Shown here: piece after piece, positions 30,238 through 40,019 of the stretch
How the letters are laid out: each line of letters opens with the position of its first letter
How positions within the stretch are numbered: position 1 is the stretch's first letter
The notes under the pieces: generated by a model
Told to the model about the DNA's origin: nothing
The model's input: only the letters and a program-made list of their open reading frames with translations
The model's database searches: none
Translations under genes and position numbers: made by a program
NCBI GenBank assembly: GCA_963822585.1
Contig: CAWGIE010000039.1
Location: 97,800-161,799, forward strand
DNA from: an uncultured bacterium
GTDB taxonomy: Bacteria; Auribacterota; Erginobacteria; Erginobacterales; Erginobacteraceae
Direction: 5' to 3'
DNA: 64,000 nucleotides

Positions 30238-30321
30238 GCCGGAGTGGTGAAACTGGCAGACACGCGGGACTCAAAATCCCGTTCTCGCAAGAGAGTGAGG
30301 GTTCAAATCCCTCCTCCGGCA
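30238..30321 (+). tRNA. tRNA-Leu(CAA)
   Basis: GCCGGAG/CTCCGGC acceptor, CGGGA-CTCAAAA-TCCCG anticodon arm, long variable arm, GGTTCAAATCC T-arm; CCA not encoded. Confidence 0.96.
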
Positions 30322-30330
30322 TTATTGGAA

Positions 30331-30384
30331 AGGGTTCTCCGCCTGAGGCGGATCAGCCTCCGGCTGAGAGTCCCACCTCCGGCA
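30331..30384 (+). repeat. Duplicated tRNA-Leu 3' end interrupted by a 30-bp double-hairpin insert (30338-30367)
   Basis: Removing the insert gives AGGGTTCGAGTCCCACCTCCGGCA; the tRNA reads AGGGTTCAAATCCCTCCTCCGGCA. Confidence 0.8.
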
Positions 30385-30386
30385 TA

Positions 30387-30428
30387 ATAAAAATGAGGAG
30401 CGCCGATGATCGGCGCTCCTCATTTTTA
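30387..30428 (+). terminator. Bidirectional intrinsic terminator after tRNA-Leu
   Basis: aaaaatgaggagcgccgat-g-atcggcgctcctcattttt. Confidence 0.75.
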
Positions 30429-30603
30429 TTATCTATAAATCTGAAGGATCCGACCGTTGATTCAAGGGAAGAGGGGCATCTGAATGGATGCCTCTTTTTT
30501 TATTGAATAACCGCCTCACCTCCCCGTCTAAGTTTAATGAATCAAGATACAATTAAAATTTTTGGCGACTTGGTGTCTTCGTGGCAAAAAGGAGGCAGAT
30601 AAG

Positions 30604-30873
30604 ATGAAAAAGCTGATCCTGGCAATCGTTGTCGTGTCTTTCATCATAACGGGGAACGCGCTGGCGCGAGGCGGACATTATTCCGGAGGAAGCCGTACCT
30701 ACTGCAACTACCCGCGGTACCGTTGCCCCCCTCCCCGGCCCTGTCCTCCCCCGCGGCCGTATTGGAACTGCTGGCGCCCCCCCCGGCCCCGGCCCTATTA
30801 TTATCCCTATTACCCCTGGCCGAGCTATTTCTGTATCGGCGGACGCAACGTCAGTGTCTGCTGGGGAGGGTAG
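30604..30873 (+). CDS. Small secreted Pro/Tyr/Cys-rich protein
   Basis: AAGGAGG RBS, signal peptide ending ALA, PPPRP repeats, 6 Cys. Confidence 0.75.
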   Translation: MKKLILAIVVVSFIITGNALARGGHYSGGSRTYCNYPRYRCPPPRPCPPPRPYWNCWRPPRPRPYYYPYYPWPSYFCIGGRNVSVCWGG

Positions 30874-30881
30874 GAAGGGAA

Positions 30882-30985
30882 AGTAATCAGTAATCAGTAA
30901 TCGGTGAACAGTAATCAGTGATCGGTGATCAGTAATCCGCTCAGCCGGGCCCTACTGATTACCGATCACTGATTACTGTTCACTG
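30882..30985. repeat. 7-nt-periodic inverted-repeat element (agtaatc); same family at 38101-38252
   Basis: agtaatc-type unit x8; right arm ctgatta-ccgatca-ctgatta overlaps the epimerase stop codon. Confidence 0.8.
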
Positions 30986-31965
30986 TTTTTAATAAACCAC
31001 CGGACACTCCGCCTCACCCCCTCAGCCGTCGTTACCGGCGGCTGATACCCCAGCATCTTCCGGGCTTTCTCGATGCTGAAACTGTAATCGGAGGCCACCT
31101 GGGCGATCCGGTACGGCGTGATGATCGGTGCGGTGGAAGTCCTACAGCAGACGCAGATCTTTTCCAGCAGACCCGCTGCCAGGAAAAGCGGTCCGGTAGG
31201 GAGAGCGACGCGGGGAGGTCTTACTCCGAGTTCCCCCGCGAACAGTTCTAAAAACTCCTTCCAGGTCGGATCGCTCCCGTCGGAGATGTTGAATGTCTCC
31301 CCGCTCGGATATTCCCCCCGGAGCGCCCTAACGGTCGCCTCCACCAGATTCTCGATATAGCAGGGAGAGGTCATATATCTCCCTCCGGCGGGAAAGGCGG
31401 GCATCCCCTTCCGGAGAGCGGCACAGAGCGGGAAAGTGGTGGTGAGGTCGTCCGGACCGAAAACGTTCGACGGCCGAAGGATACCCAGGTGGATCTGTCC
31501 CCGGAAGCGGAGGCATTCTTCTTCCGCCTGCGCTTTGGTCAGGCAATAGGGATGCTCGAACGGCGACGGAAGACAATCCTCGCCGGTCAGGCGGTTCCCC
31601 CCGAAGCCGTAAATGACGGTGGAGCTGAAGTGGATGAAACGCCGGACCCCCGACGCCACCGACGCCCGGAGAAAGTTGACCGTCCCCTCCACGTTAACCC
31701 GGTAAAAACTGTCGTAGTCCCCCCAGTCGCTGGAGAGGGCGGCGGTGTGGATGACGGCGTCAAAGCCCCGGACGATCTCTTCCAGGGAGTCGGTAAGAGA
31801 GGCGTAACGGAGATCGTAGGTCCCGTCAGCAAGACGGAAGAGGTCGGAGGTCTCGCGCACCATCCCCGCCACCTCGATCCCCTCCTCTTTTGTGAGCCGC
31901 CGGATGAGGTGCGAGCCGATAAACCCGTTAGCCCCTGTAATCAATAGCTTCATCATCCGAATCAA
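30973..31965 (-). CDS. NAD-dependent epimerase/dehydratase (3-beta-HSD-like)
   Basis: TGANGFIG, HTAA, NVEGT, YxxxK (YCLTK), LRPSNVFGP. Confidence 0.92.
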   Translation of the reverse strand: MIRMMKLLITGANGFIGSHLIRRLTKEEGIEVAGMVRETSDLFRLADGTYDLRYASLTDSLEEIVRGFDAVIHTAALSSDWGDYDSFYRVNVEGTVNFLRASVASGVRRFIHFSSTVIYGFGGNRLTGEDCLPSPFEHPYCLTKAQAEEECLRFRGQIHLGILRPSNVFGPDDLTTTFPLCAALRKGMPAFPAGGRYMTSPCYIENLVEATVRALRGEYPSGETFNISDGSDPTWKEFLELFAGELGVRPPRVALPTGPLFLAAGLLEKICVCCRTSTAPIITPYRIAQVASDYSFSIEKARKMLGYQPPVTTAEGVRRSVRWFIKNSEQ

Positions 31966-31969
31966 TTAA

Positions 31970-32236
31970 TCAGTGCTGCCGGGTCTCGATATAGGCGCGG
32001 AGCACGGCATTGATCCGGGTCTGATACCCTTTGCCTTCGTGCTTGAACCAATCGAGCACCTCCGGATCGAGACGAAGAGAAACCGACTTTTTTCGTTTGG
32101 GCATCCGTAGTTGGGCATGCTCGAAAAAGGATTTCTCGAGTTTTGGAACATCCGAAAAATCGATTGCTGTATCCGGCATGTCCTTCAGTCGGTTCCAGTC
32201 AGTGCGTGACTCTTTGATGGTATTCTTCGCTTTCAT
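31970..32236 (-). CDS. brnA: BrnA antitoxin
   Basis: TDW.RL, SLRLDPEVLDWFK..GKGYQTRINAVL. Confidence 0.92.
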   Translation of the reverse strand: MKAKNTIKESRTDWNRLKDMPDTAIDFSDVPKLEKSFFEHAQLRMPKRKKSVSLRLDPEVLDWFKHEGKGYQTRINAVLRAYIETRQH

Positions 32237-32480
32237 GATGTGTTGCCTTTCGGGCTGAGATGATTCTGATTATCTCCTCATTTTCCCATTCAAGATAGAC
32301 GGTTACGGCCACAATATCTTTCAACAGGCCGATGCCGATCCACCGGTCCTCACCGTAATAATAACGTGTATCAAGCCGGATGAGCATGGGATGATTGAAC
32401 ATCTCCACAACATCATTAAAATCTATCCCATGTTTACGGATGTTTTCTTCATTCTTCTTATCATCCCATTCAAACTTCAT
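32199..32480 (-). CDS. brnT: BrnT toxin
   Basis: MKFEWDDKK..NIRKHGIDF, YGEDRW, IRIISARKAT. Confidence 0.93.
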   Translation of the reverse strand: MKFEWDDKKNEENIRKHGIDFNDVVEMFNHPMLIRLDTRYYYGEDRWIGIGLLKDIVAVTVYLEWENEEIIRIISARKATHHESEEYHQRVTH

Positions 32481-32486
32481 CCTTGT

Positions 32487-32515
32487 AATGTATATACAAT
32501 ATGTAAATACGTCAA
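32487..32515 (-). promoter_or_regulatory. brnTA promoter (probably leaderless) with TGTATATACA palindrome
   Basis: TTGACG, 17 nt, TACATT ending 7 nt from the ATG; palindrome at 32489-32498. Confidence 0.6.
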
Positions 32516-32564
32516 GCTTGTTTTTTGTTAAAGAGGACGGTGTTGCTTTGTTGCCTTATTCAAG

Positions 32565-33686
32565 TTAATCGGATGGATGGAGCGTGATAAGTCTGATCTC
32601 GGGGCGGCAGAGAAACCGTAGCCTTGGTGCCTCTCTTCTTTCCATTCCGATGCCTCTGGAAACAGAAAGAGTGCCGGTGCCGAAAGGTGCAAAGCAATCC
32701 GCGTAATTTTTTGGCAACCGGCTGAGAGTGAACAAGGGACCTAATAACGGCAATTGAACCTGGCCACCGTGCGTATGCCCCGCCAGGGCTAAAAATGGAA
32801 TATTTTTAGAAGCCAGCGCTTCTACGAAATCGGGGCTATGTCCAATGACAATATTAAATAGCCCCTCCCGGTTATCTTGAAAAGCTCCAGCCAGTTCTCC
32901 CCAGCGGGCAGCCCGAGAGGAGCTGCATGTGAGGCCGGTAATAGTCACTTTGCAACCTGGCAAGTCAACAGTAACACTCTCATTATTCAGGATCCGAGTA
33001 GAGGTTTTTTCAAATAACCTCTCTACATCGGCGCGCGATTCACAATCACCACAGACCGCATAACTTCCCAGGGGCGGAGCAAGATTCGCGGCCTGAAAGG
33101 CCTGGCGAAGGAGAGGGATCTCCCTATCCTGCTTTTCTTGATTCCAGGTATGAAAATAGTCGCCTGTATAAATGATGAGATCCGGCTTTAACGCGCCCAA
33201 CGTCTGAAGAACGGAATATTCAAATGACCCCATATGTTCCGTCTGCAAGTCTGATACCTGGGCGATTACGACCGAACGTTCTAATCCTTTTAGCCCGGGA
33301 TGCTGGTAATCATAGCGAGTGATCTCAAGCCGGTACGGCTCCATGTGATAGGCATAAACATACAATCCGAGGGGGATGATTGCCCCCAGTAAAAATAATC
33401 TTCGAAGCATTTTGTTATTACGGAAATAGACCGCGAGAACAATCAGAATTAACGGAAGATGCCAGAAAGCGGCCAGGCCGATAAATCGCATAGTTGCAAA
33501 AATACGAAAGGAGAAGAGGCGTTGAACAAACGAGGCCAGGATAACGGGAATGGACCACAGAGCGAGAATCAGAAAGATGGCTGTGACGCGCGATCTCTTT
33601 CTTCGCCACACTGCGATAACGGTGTAGACAAATAAGACGTCAAATACCACCATCCCCGCATTGTAAATAATATCAGCACAAATCAT
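32565..33686 (-). CDS. Membrane-anchored metallophosphoesterase (YkuE-like)
   Basis: N-terminal TMs, SDLQ, TGD, GD, HSPD, AGHTHGGQ, SRGIG. Confidence 0.88.
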   Translation of the reverse strand: MICADIIYNAGMVVFDVLFVYTVIAVWRRKRSRVTAIFLILALWSIPVILASFVQRLFSFRIFATMRFIGLAAFWHLPLILIVLAVYFRNNKMLRRLFLLGAIIPLGLYVYAYHMEPYRLEITRYDYQHPGLKGLERSVVIAQVSDLQTEHMGSFEYSVLQTLGALKPDLIIYTGDYFHTWNQEKQDREIPLLRQAFQAANLAPPLGSYAVCGDCESRADVERLFEKTSTRILNNESVTVDLPGCKVTITGLTCSSSRAARWGELAGAFQDNREGLFNIVIGHSPDFVEALASKNIPFLALAGHTHGGQVQLPLLGPLFTLSRLPKNYADCFAPFGTGTLSVSRGIGMERREAPRLRFLCRPEIRLITLHPSD

Positions 33687-33819
33687 GGCTCAGTGTATAG
33701 TTGGGGGACGTTGTTAATGGTATACCTGTTCCCTGGCAGTTCAGTACGTGAACCAGGACGGAGTCAATATTTCAACTTGATCAGGCCTAAGTTCCTCTTC
33801 GGGATTTCAACAAATGCCG

Positions 33820-33873
33820 GAGTGCAGGGCTTTAGGCCCTGCCTATCCTGGCAGGGCTAAAACCCTGCACTAC
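33820..33873. repeat. REP-like inverted pair (GTGCAGGGCTTTAGGCCCTGC)
   Basis: agtgcagggctttaggccctgc...gcagggctaaaaccctgcact. Confidence 0.7.
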
Positions 33874-33995
33874 GAAGCTGCACCAGATGAGCTGACTTGA
33901 TATAAAACTCCCACATAGCTCCACCAGGGATTTTTATTGTTAATACAGAGGAAGGATATTATATTTGACTGAAATTTTCCGGAGGAAAATGTTAA

Positions 33996-34069
33996 GCCCC
34001 TGTAGCTCAGAAGGATAGAGCACCGGTTTCCTAAACCGGGTGTCGGCCGTTCGATTCGGCCCAGGGGTA
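33996..34069 (+). tRNA. tRNA-Arg(CCT)
   Basis: GCCCCTG/CAGGGGT acceptor, CCGGT-TTCCTAA-ACCGG anticodon arm, GTTCGATTC T-loop. Confidence 0.95.
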
Positions 34070-34073
34070 TATG

Positions 34074-34745
34074 TTATTTCGGGCGAATGAACGCCCGAAA
34101 TAAAATAGTCCCCGAGATCAGCAGCCAGATTAGAACGGCCGCTCCCAGGGCGAAGGGGGGAAGGAAGAAGCGGTCGGCCGCAGAGATCTGGAAGCCCCGC
34201 AGCACCCCGTACACCCCCAAAGACAGGAGTCCCCCCACCACGCTTGCTTCTCCCCAGAGAATTTTCCCGGATCCGGCGGACGGCCGCGGCCGACGGATGA
34301 AGATCAAGGCGAAGATGGTCTGAACAATGACAACGACGGCGGCCGCCAGGACCAGTACATACATCTCCTGGAAGAATGACGTCGGCGTCGGCGGCCGGAC
34401 AAACTGCCCCAGAAGGTGCAGCCGGGGATAAAGCAGTTCGGCCAGGCGGAAATAGACGGGATAAAGGAGAAGCGGCAGGAGGAGAAAGAACACTCCGGGG
34501 ATTATCTTCAGAAGCCGGCCGGGCGCGGAGAGCAGGGGAAGTTGAACAGTCGGGCGAACATGAAACCGGATCGACCGGGGATAACCATGGTACGAATACC
34601 AGCTCCGGTCGCGGCCCCAAAGCCGGGCGGGAAGACGATACCGGCCCAGCCGGAAGGAAACGGCGGGGTTCTCCTGAATGCGGGAGGGGATTTTTCCCCT
34701 TTTCCGTCGATATGAATACCCGGGTTCGCGTGCAGAATTCTTCAT
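34074..34745 (-). CDS. Hypothetical membrane protein (about 4 TM; start uncertain)
   Basis: Four hydrophobic segments in the C-terminal two thirds. Confidence 0.55.
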   Translation of the reverse strand: MKNSAREPGYSYRRKRGKIPSRIQENPAVSFRLGRYRLPARLWGRDRSWYSYHGYPRSIRFHVRPTVQLPLLSAPGRLLKIIPGVFFLLLPLLLYPVYFRLAELLYPRLHLLGQFVRPPTPTSFFQEMYVLVLAAAVVVIVQTIFALIFIRRPRPSAGSGKILWGEASVVGGLLSLGVYGVLRGFQISAADRFFLPPFALGAAVLIWLLISGTILFRAFIRPK

Positions 34746-34935
34746 CGGATCAGCCCTGTCATTCTCCCCTAACCGATGACAGTCTATTACAGGGAGGGGT
34801 GATTTCCAAATGAAAAGTCACGGTCGGAAATTTTAATTGACCGGCCCCTGTCCGGGCGGTATGTTGAGAATCGGCAACCGGGAATAGGTTGTCGAGCAAC
34901 CAAAACCGTTTACCGGTTTTACAAAGGAGGAAGGA

Positions 34936-35634
34936 ATGAAAAAATGGATCTGGGTTTTTTCCCTGATCGCGGTGGTCGCTCTTACCGGGTGTATCAAGAT
35001 GGACCAGGACATCACCCTGAACAAGGATGGTTCCGGCAACGTCAAGTTCACCTACGGGATGAGCGAACAGACCATCAACCAGGTGAAGGCCATGGCCGAG
35101 ATGAACCGCCAGACGGAAGGGGAAGAGCAGACCGAGGAGAGCAATCCCTTTGAGTTCGACGAGGCCAAGGTTAAAAAAGAGTTCGAGGCTCTGAAAGACA
35201 AAGGGATCACACTGAACAGCGTCAAGACCACCACTGAAGACGGCTGGAAGTACATGAATGTCGATTTCGATTTCAAGGACATTGCCCAGCTGAATGATGC
35301 CGACGTTATGGGAGACAGCCCGATCATGATCTCCAAGAATGACGCGGGCAACTACGTCATCACCTCCAAGATGTCCGGCGATGAGATGGGCGGCGGAGAA
35401 GAGAACGCGGAACAGATGAAGGCGATGCTCCCGATGCTGGCCGGAATGCGGATCGCCCTTAAAATCAACACCCCGGGACCGATCATTTCGACCACCGCCC
35501 CCGTCAAGACGGCGGATTCCGCGCAGTGGGTCTTCGACATCGACAAGGACCCGGACTCGATCCTGAACATGTCAAAGACCAAGATGGAGGTTGTCTTTGA
35601 CGGCAAGGGGTGCACGATCCCGGAACTCAAGTAA
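34936..35634 (+). CDS. Lipoprotein (LppM-like N-terminus)
   Basis: AAGGAGG RBS, lipobox LTGC, ITLNKDGSG. Confidence 0.8.
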   Translation: MKKWIWVFSLIAVVALTGCIKMDQDITLNKDGSGNVKFTYGMSEQTINQVKAMAEMNRQTEGEEQTEESNPFEFDEAKVKKEFEALKDKGITLNSVKTTTEDGWKYMNVDFDFKDIAQLNDADVMGDSPIMISKNDAGNYVITSKMSGDEMGGGEENAEQMKAMLPMLAGMRIALKINTPGPIISTTAPVKTADSAQWVFDIDKDPDSILNMSKTKMEVVFDGKGCTIPELK

Positions 35635-35660
35635 TTTTATTTTCTTCGAAAATAAAATAG

Positions 35661-35698
35661 GGCAGCCCTCGCCGTTAACGGCGAGGGCTGCTTTTTTA
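35661..35698 (+). terminator. Intrinsic terminator
   Basis: gcagccctcgccg-ttaa-cggcgagggctgc followed by T7. Confidence 0.8.
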
Positions 35699-35734
35699 TT
35701 GAATGAAACTGAGGCTTTTCCGGTCAAACACGGT

Positions 35735-36697
35735 ATGAATAACAGGCGGGTCATTTTTCTTGTCCTGACCGGACTTGTCCTCATCGGATGCGCATCCGGG
35801 CTCCATTTCACTGCCGAAGAACAGCCGGAAGGGGGGCCGCTTTACACCGACGAACCGGTCGACAAGACCGGTACCGGCGGCCGGATCAGCAACCTGGTGA
35901 CGGGGGAAAAACTCACCTACGACGTGAGCTGGATCGGCATCCCGGTGGGACAGCTTGTCCTGGAGAATCACGGTCTCGAAGTCATCAATGGGGAGGAAGC
36001 GTATCATCTGACCTTTACCACCATCTCCAACGATTTCCTCTCCAACTTCTTCAAAATTGAAGACACCGTTCACAGCTGGGTCTCCCGGGAGAGCGGCTCT
36101 CCCCTTCGCTTCGAAAAGGTGGTCAAGGAAGGGCACTACGGCAGACACGAAGTCATCGAGTACGACCAGGAGAACCTGACCGCCACGTATCGGCGCGATG
36201 ACAAGAAGGAGCGGCCCCCGGAGACGATGAGCATCCCCCCCGGCGCCCAGGATCTGCTCAGCACTCTCTTCTGGGTACGGCGCCAGCCGATGGGCCTGGG
36301 AAAACAGTTGAAGCTGGACGTGAACGCCGATCAGAAGAACTGGGACGTGGAGGTGGAGATCATCGAGAAGGGACTTTTCGAGACGGGACCGATCGGGAAG
36401 GTGAAGGCGTTCGCCATGGTGCCCAGCGCCAGCCACAACGGCGATCCGCTGAAAAAGGGAGCCCTTCTGGCCTGGATCACGGTGGACCGGCGGCGGATAC
36501 CTCTCGCCTTCGAGGTCGAAACCCCTATCTTCGGCAGCGCGGTGGCGGTGTTAAGCGACGCCGTGCTTCCGGAACTCCCGGAAGACGACACCGGAACGAC
36601 CGAGGAAGAAGAGACGCCCGTTCATATTTACGAGGCGGGTGATTGGGTCAAGGGACTGACCTGGTCGGTGGAGCACTCCCCTTCTTTTCCCCGATAA
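35735..36697 (+). CDS. DUF3108 family protein
   Basis: GEKLTYDVSWIGIPVG, QDLLS..F, WITVDRRRIP. Confidence 0.85.
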   Translation: MNNRRVIFLVLTGLVLIGCASGLHFTAEEQPEGGPLYTDEPVDKTGTGGRISNLVTGEKLTYDVSWIGIPVGQLVLENHGLEVINGEEAYHLTFTTISNDFLSNFFKIEDTVHSWVSRESGSPLRFEKVVKEGHYGRHEVIEYDQENLTATYRRDDKKERPPETMSIPPGAQDLLSTLFWVRRQPMGLGKQLKLDVNADQKNWDVEVEIIEKGLFETGPIGKVKAFAMVPSASHNGDPLKKGALLAWITVDRRRIPLAFEVETPIFGSAVAVLSDAVLPELPEDDTGTTEEEETPVHIYEAGDWVKGLTWSVEHSPSFPR

Positions 36698-36712
36698 TTT
36701 GAAGCCAATAAG

Positions 36713-36922
36713 TTAATCGTTGACCACTTTAAAGGCGACGTTCAATTTCACCTGGAAGTTGACCACCTCGCCGTCTTTGACCTTGCCGCCCAAGTTCTTA
36801 ACCTCGTACCAGGAGATCCCCCGGACCGTCTTTGCCGCTTCGGCGATGGCGCCCCGGCTCGCTTCGGCATAGCTTTCCGGCGAGTTGCCGATAATCTCGA
36901 TCACTTTATATAGATTGGTCAT
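36713..36922 (-). CDS. Dodecin family flavin-binding protein
   Basis: YKVIEIIGNSPES..EA..AIAEAAKT, FQVKLNVAF. Confidence 0.92.
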   Translation of the reverse strand: MTNLYKVIEIIGNSPESYAEASRGAIAEAAKTVRGISWYEVKNLGGKVKDGEVVNFQVKLNVAFKVVND

Positions 36923-37100
36923 TTCCGCCTCCTTTCCCCGGACGGGGATTATCTGCTATTATAACCGCGGATTAAACGGATTGAGCGGATTGGACTACTA
37001 ACATCCAGTATAATAGGTCACCGGGATAAAAACAAGAACTGAAACCGTCCTCGGAGAATCGGAAAGCCGCGGCAGGGAGGCAGGAAGCCGCCGGGCAAGG

Positions 37101-37472
37101 ACCCGGATCCTGATCTCGCTCGCCGTTGTCGTCCCGCTCGGTTTCATCAGCAAACTGTATACCGGCCCGGGCGATTACTGGTTGAACAATTACGCCGGGG
37201 GGATCTTCTATGAGATATTCTGGTGCCTGGTTCTTTTCTTTTTCCTCCTCCGGAAGAAAGCCATCATCCCCATCTCGGCCGGGGTCTTTACCGGTACCTG
37301 CCTGCTGGAAATACTGCAGCTTGTCCATCATCCGATTCTTGAATCCATCCGGTCGGGCTTTTTCGGGCGCACGCTGATCGGCAACACTTTTTCTCTCCTC
37401 GATTTCCCGTATTATCTTCTGGGATGCGTACTTGGGGGCCTGATTATGAGAACAGCGCTTCGGAATCGATAG
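37101..37472 (+). CDS. DUF2809 family membrane protein (no clear start codon)
   Basis: PLGF.SKLY, GGIFYE, LEILQL, LIGNTFS..D; the frame is open upstream of the ORF-track start. Confidence 0.7.
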   Translation, partial: TRILISLAVVVPLGFISKLYTGPGDYWLNNYAGGIFYEIFWCLVLFFFLLRKKAIIPISAGVFTGTCLLEILQLVHHPILESIRSGFFGRTLIGNTFSLLDFPYYLLGCVLGGLIMRTALRNR

Positions 37473-37545
37473 AAATAAAAACTATCACAGTGCCGGGGAA
37501 AGTATTATATGTTGAATACTATAACTCTATGATCGGGAGGGACAG

Positions 37546-38112
37546 ATGAGAATCATGCAGCATTTTAGAGTCACCTGTATTTCGGCGCTGATCTTCATTG
37601 CCGGGATCTATTTCTTCGCCGGAAAAGCTCTGGGGGCCGAGGAGACCGTCACCGACCTGAAAGAGAAAATTATCGAAATCCAGAACAAGGGGCAGCTCGG
37701 TTTCCGTAATTTCAACCGCTGCGTCAACATCATCTCCTACGGCTCCTACGTTCCGGCCGAGGGCAATAAAGTCCCGGCGGGTAGTAAGCTTCTCTTCTAC
37801 TACGAACCGGAGAATGTCTTCACCAACCGGCTGGGCGGGAGCTATCAGATCTGGTTTACCCAGGATTTTATCGTCAAGGACGCGGCAGGGAACGAACTGC
37901 TCAACTCTCCCGAACTGCTCAACTTCAACTACCAGACCAAGGTGCCGGTGCTGGATCTCTACGCCACCAACTCGCTCGACCTCGACGACCTCCCGCCGGG
38001 GAAGTATGAGTTTATCGCCGTCATCCACGACAAACTGAAAAAGACCAGCGCCACCAATTCCTATTTCTTCGAGATCGTACCGGTGAAGAAAGAAGGGGCA
38101 GGTGATCAGTGA
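37546..38112 (+). CDS. Exported hypothetical beta-sandwich protein
   Basis: GGAGG RBS, signal peptide, LPPGKY..DKL. Confidence 0.7.
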   Translation: MRIMQHFRVTCISALIFIAGIYFFAGKALGAEETVTDLKEKIIEIQNKGQLGFRNFNRCVNIISYGSYVPAEGNKVPAGSKLLFYYEPENVFTNRLGGSYQIWFTQDFIVKDAAGNELLNSPELLNFNYQTKVPVLDLYATNSLDLDDLPPGKYEFIAVIHDKLKKTSATNSYFFEIVPVKKEGAGDQ

Positions 38113-38252
38113 CCGGTCATCAGTAATCGGTGATCGGTGGTTTCGCCCCCGGACACCCCTCACCCGCCCCTCGCGTTCGCTCGGGGCACCCTCTCCCCCA
38201 AGGGGAGAGGGTTTCAACCGGGACCTGATTACCGATCACTGATCACTGATTA
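38101..38252. repeat. agtaatc-type heptamer IR element with a nested CCCTCACCC..GGGAGAGGG hairpin (38156-38211)
   Basis: Arms overlap the stop codons of two convergent genes. Confidence 0.75.
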
Positions 38253-39884
38253 CTTTTTTCCCAGCCCGGCGCGGACACGCCGTATGATCGCGTCGGTTGA
38301 CGGGTCGTGAGCGAGGACCGGCTCTTCCGGAGAGACGAGTTCGGCCAGCACTTTCTTGGCCAGGACTTTCCCCAGCTCCACCCCCCACTGATCGAAGGAA
38401 TAGATGTCCCAGATCTGCCCCTGAACAAAAATCTTGTGCTCGTACAGGGCAATCAGCTGCCCCAGGGCCGATGGGGTCAATTTCTCCGCCATGATGGTAT
38501 TGGTCGGCTTGTTGCCTTCGAACGTTTTGAAGGGAACCAGTTTTTCCTCCACCCCTTCCGCCCTGACCTCTTCCGGTGTCTTGCCGAAGGCGAGCGCCTC
38601 GGGCTGGGCGATGAAGTTTGCCAGAAGCTTGATCTGGTGATCCCCGATGGGATTAAGCGACTTACAGAAACCGATGAAGTCGGCGGGGATCAGCTTCGTC
38701 CCCTGGTGGATCAGCTGGTAGAAGGCGTGCTGCCCGTTGGTCCCCGCCTCTCCCCAGACGATCGGCCCGGTCTGGTAGTTCACCCGGTGGCCCTGCCGGT
38801 CCACCGATTTCCCGTTGCTCTCCATGTCCAGCTGCTGGAGGTACGCCGGGAAACGGCTCAGGTATTGATCATAGGGGAGAACCGCGTAACTCTGGGCACC
38901 GAAGAAGTTATTGTACCAGATCCCGGTCAGGGCCAGGATCACGGGCATGTTCTTTTCAAAAGGGGCGTGGTGGAAGTGATGGTCCATGAGGCGGAAGCCG
39001 GCCAGCATCTCCTGGAAGCGTTCGGGACCGATCGCGATCATCAGGGAGAGACCGATCGCCGAGCAGAGGGAATAGCGGCCGCCGACCCAGTCCCAGAACT
39101 CGAACATGTTTTCGGAATCGATTCCGAAAGCGGTCACCTCTTTTCCGTTGGTGGAAACGGCCACGAAATGAGCGGCCACCGCCCGATCGCTGCCCAGGGC
39201 GCTCACGCACCAGTCGCGGGCGCTGTGGGCGTTGGTCAGCGTTTCCTGGGTGGTGAAGGTCTTGGAGCAGATGATGAAGAGCGTCTGAGCCGGGTCGAGA
39301 CCTTTCACCGTTTCCGCGAAATGGGTCCCGTCCACGTTGGAGACGAACCGCACGTTCAACTTCGGGTCGGCGTACGCTTTGAGAGCCGCGGTCGCCATCG
39401 CCGGGCCGAGGTCGGAGCCGCCGATCCCGATGTTGATCACGTTCCGGATCGGCTTGCCGGTAAACCCCTTCCACTCTCCCGACCGCACCTTTCGAACAAA
39501 AGCGGCCATCTGCGCCAGCACGCGGTGAACGCCGGGGACCACGTCTTCCCCGTCCACCATGATGGAATAACCTTCCGGCGCCCGCAGGGCGATATGAAGA
39601 ACCGCCCGGTCCTCGGTCTCGTTGATCTTCTCGCCGCAGAACATGGCGTCGATCGCGGACCGCAGCCGGGACATCTCGGCGAGGGCCAGAAGGAGGGCCA
39701 TCGTCTCGGCGGTGATCCGGTTTTTGCTGTAATCGAGGAAGATATCCCCGGCGGTCAGGGAGAACCTCGCCGCCCGCTCCGGATCTTCCCGAAAGAGCGT
39801 TCTCATATGAACGTCTTTCATCTCCCGATAATGCGACTCCAGATTCTTCCAATCCGGCAACTCAGTTAATGGTGTTTTTGTCAT
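38250..39884 (-). CDS. pgi: Glucose-6-phosphate isomerase
   Basis: [45 protein letters not shown]. Confidence 0.98.
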   Translation of the reverse strand: MTKTPLTELPDWKNLESHYREMKDVHMRTLFREDPERAARFSLTAGDIFLDYSKNRITAETMALLLALAEMSRLRSAIDAMFCGEKINETEDRAVLHIALRAPEGYSIMVDGEDVVPGVHRVLAQMAAFVRKVRSGEWKGFTGKPIRNVINIGIGGSDLGPAMATAALKAYADPKLNVRFVSNVDGTHFAETVKGLDPAQTLFIICSKTFTTQETLTNAHSARDWCVSALGSDRAVAAHFVAVSTNGKEVTAFGIDSENMFEFWDWVGGRYSLCSAIGLSLMIAIGPERFQEMLAGFRLMDHHFHHAPFEKNMPVILALTGIWYNNFFGAQSYAVLPYDQYLSRFPAYLQQLDMESNGKSVDRQGHRVNYQTGPIVWGEAGTNGQHAFYQLIHQGTKLIPADFIGFCKSLNPIGDHQIKLLANFIAQPEALAFGKTPEEVRAEGVEEKLVPFKTFEGNKPTNTIMAEKLTPSALGQLIALYEHKIFVQGQIWDIYSFDQWGVELGKVLAKKVLAELVSPEEPVLAHDPSTDAIIRRVRAGLGKK

Positions 39885-40019
39885 CTTGGATACCTCACCT
39901 ATAAATTAGTTCGCAACTTTTGCCACTAAGACATCAAGAAAACAAACTACATTTGAATATTATTTTCCTTTCCATCTTTTCTTGCTGCCTTTGTGCCTTG
40001 GTGGCGATTAATTGAACGC

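Noticed and set aside
30604..30873. Second RiPP precursor
   Set aside because: It has a Sec signal peptide, not a Nif11/GG leader, and no adjacent maturase.
31970..33873. Integron cassette array or prophage between the two tRNAs
   Set aside because: No integrase, convincing attC sites or phage genes; only a TA pair and REP-like repeats.
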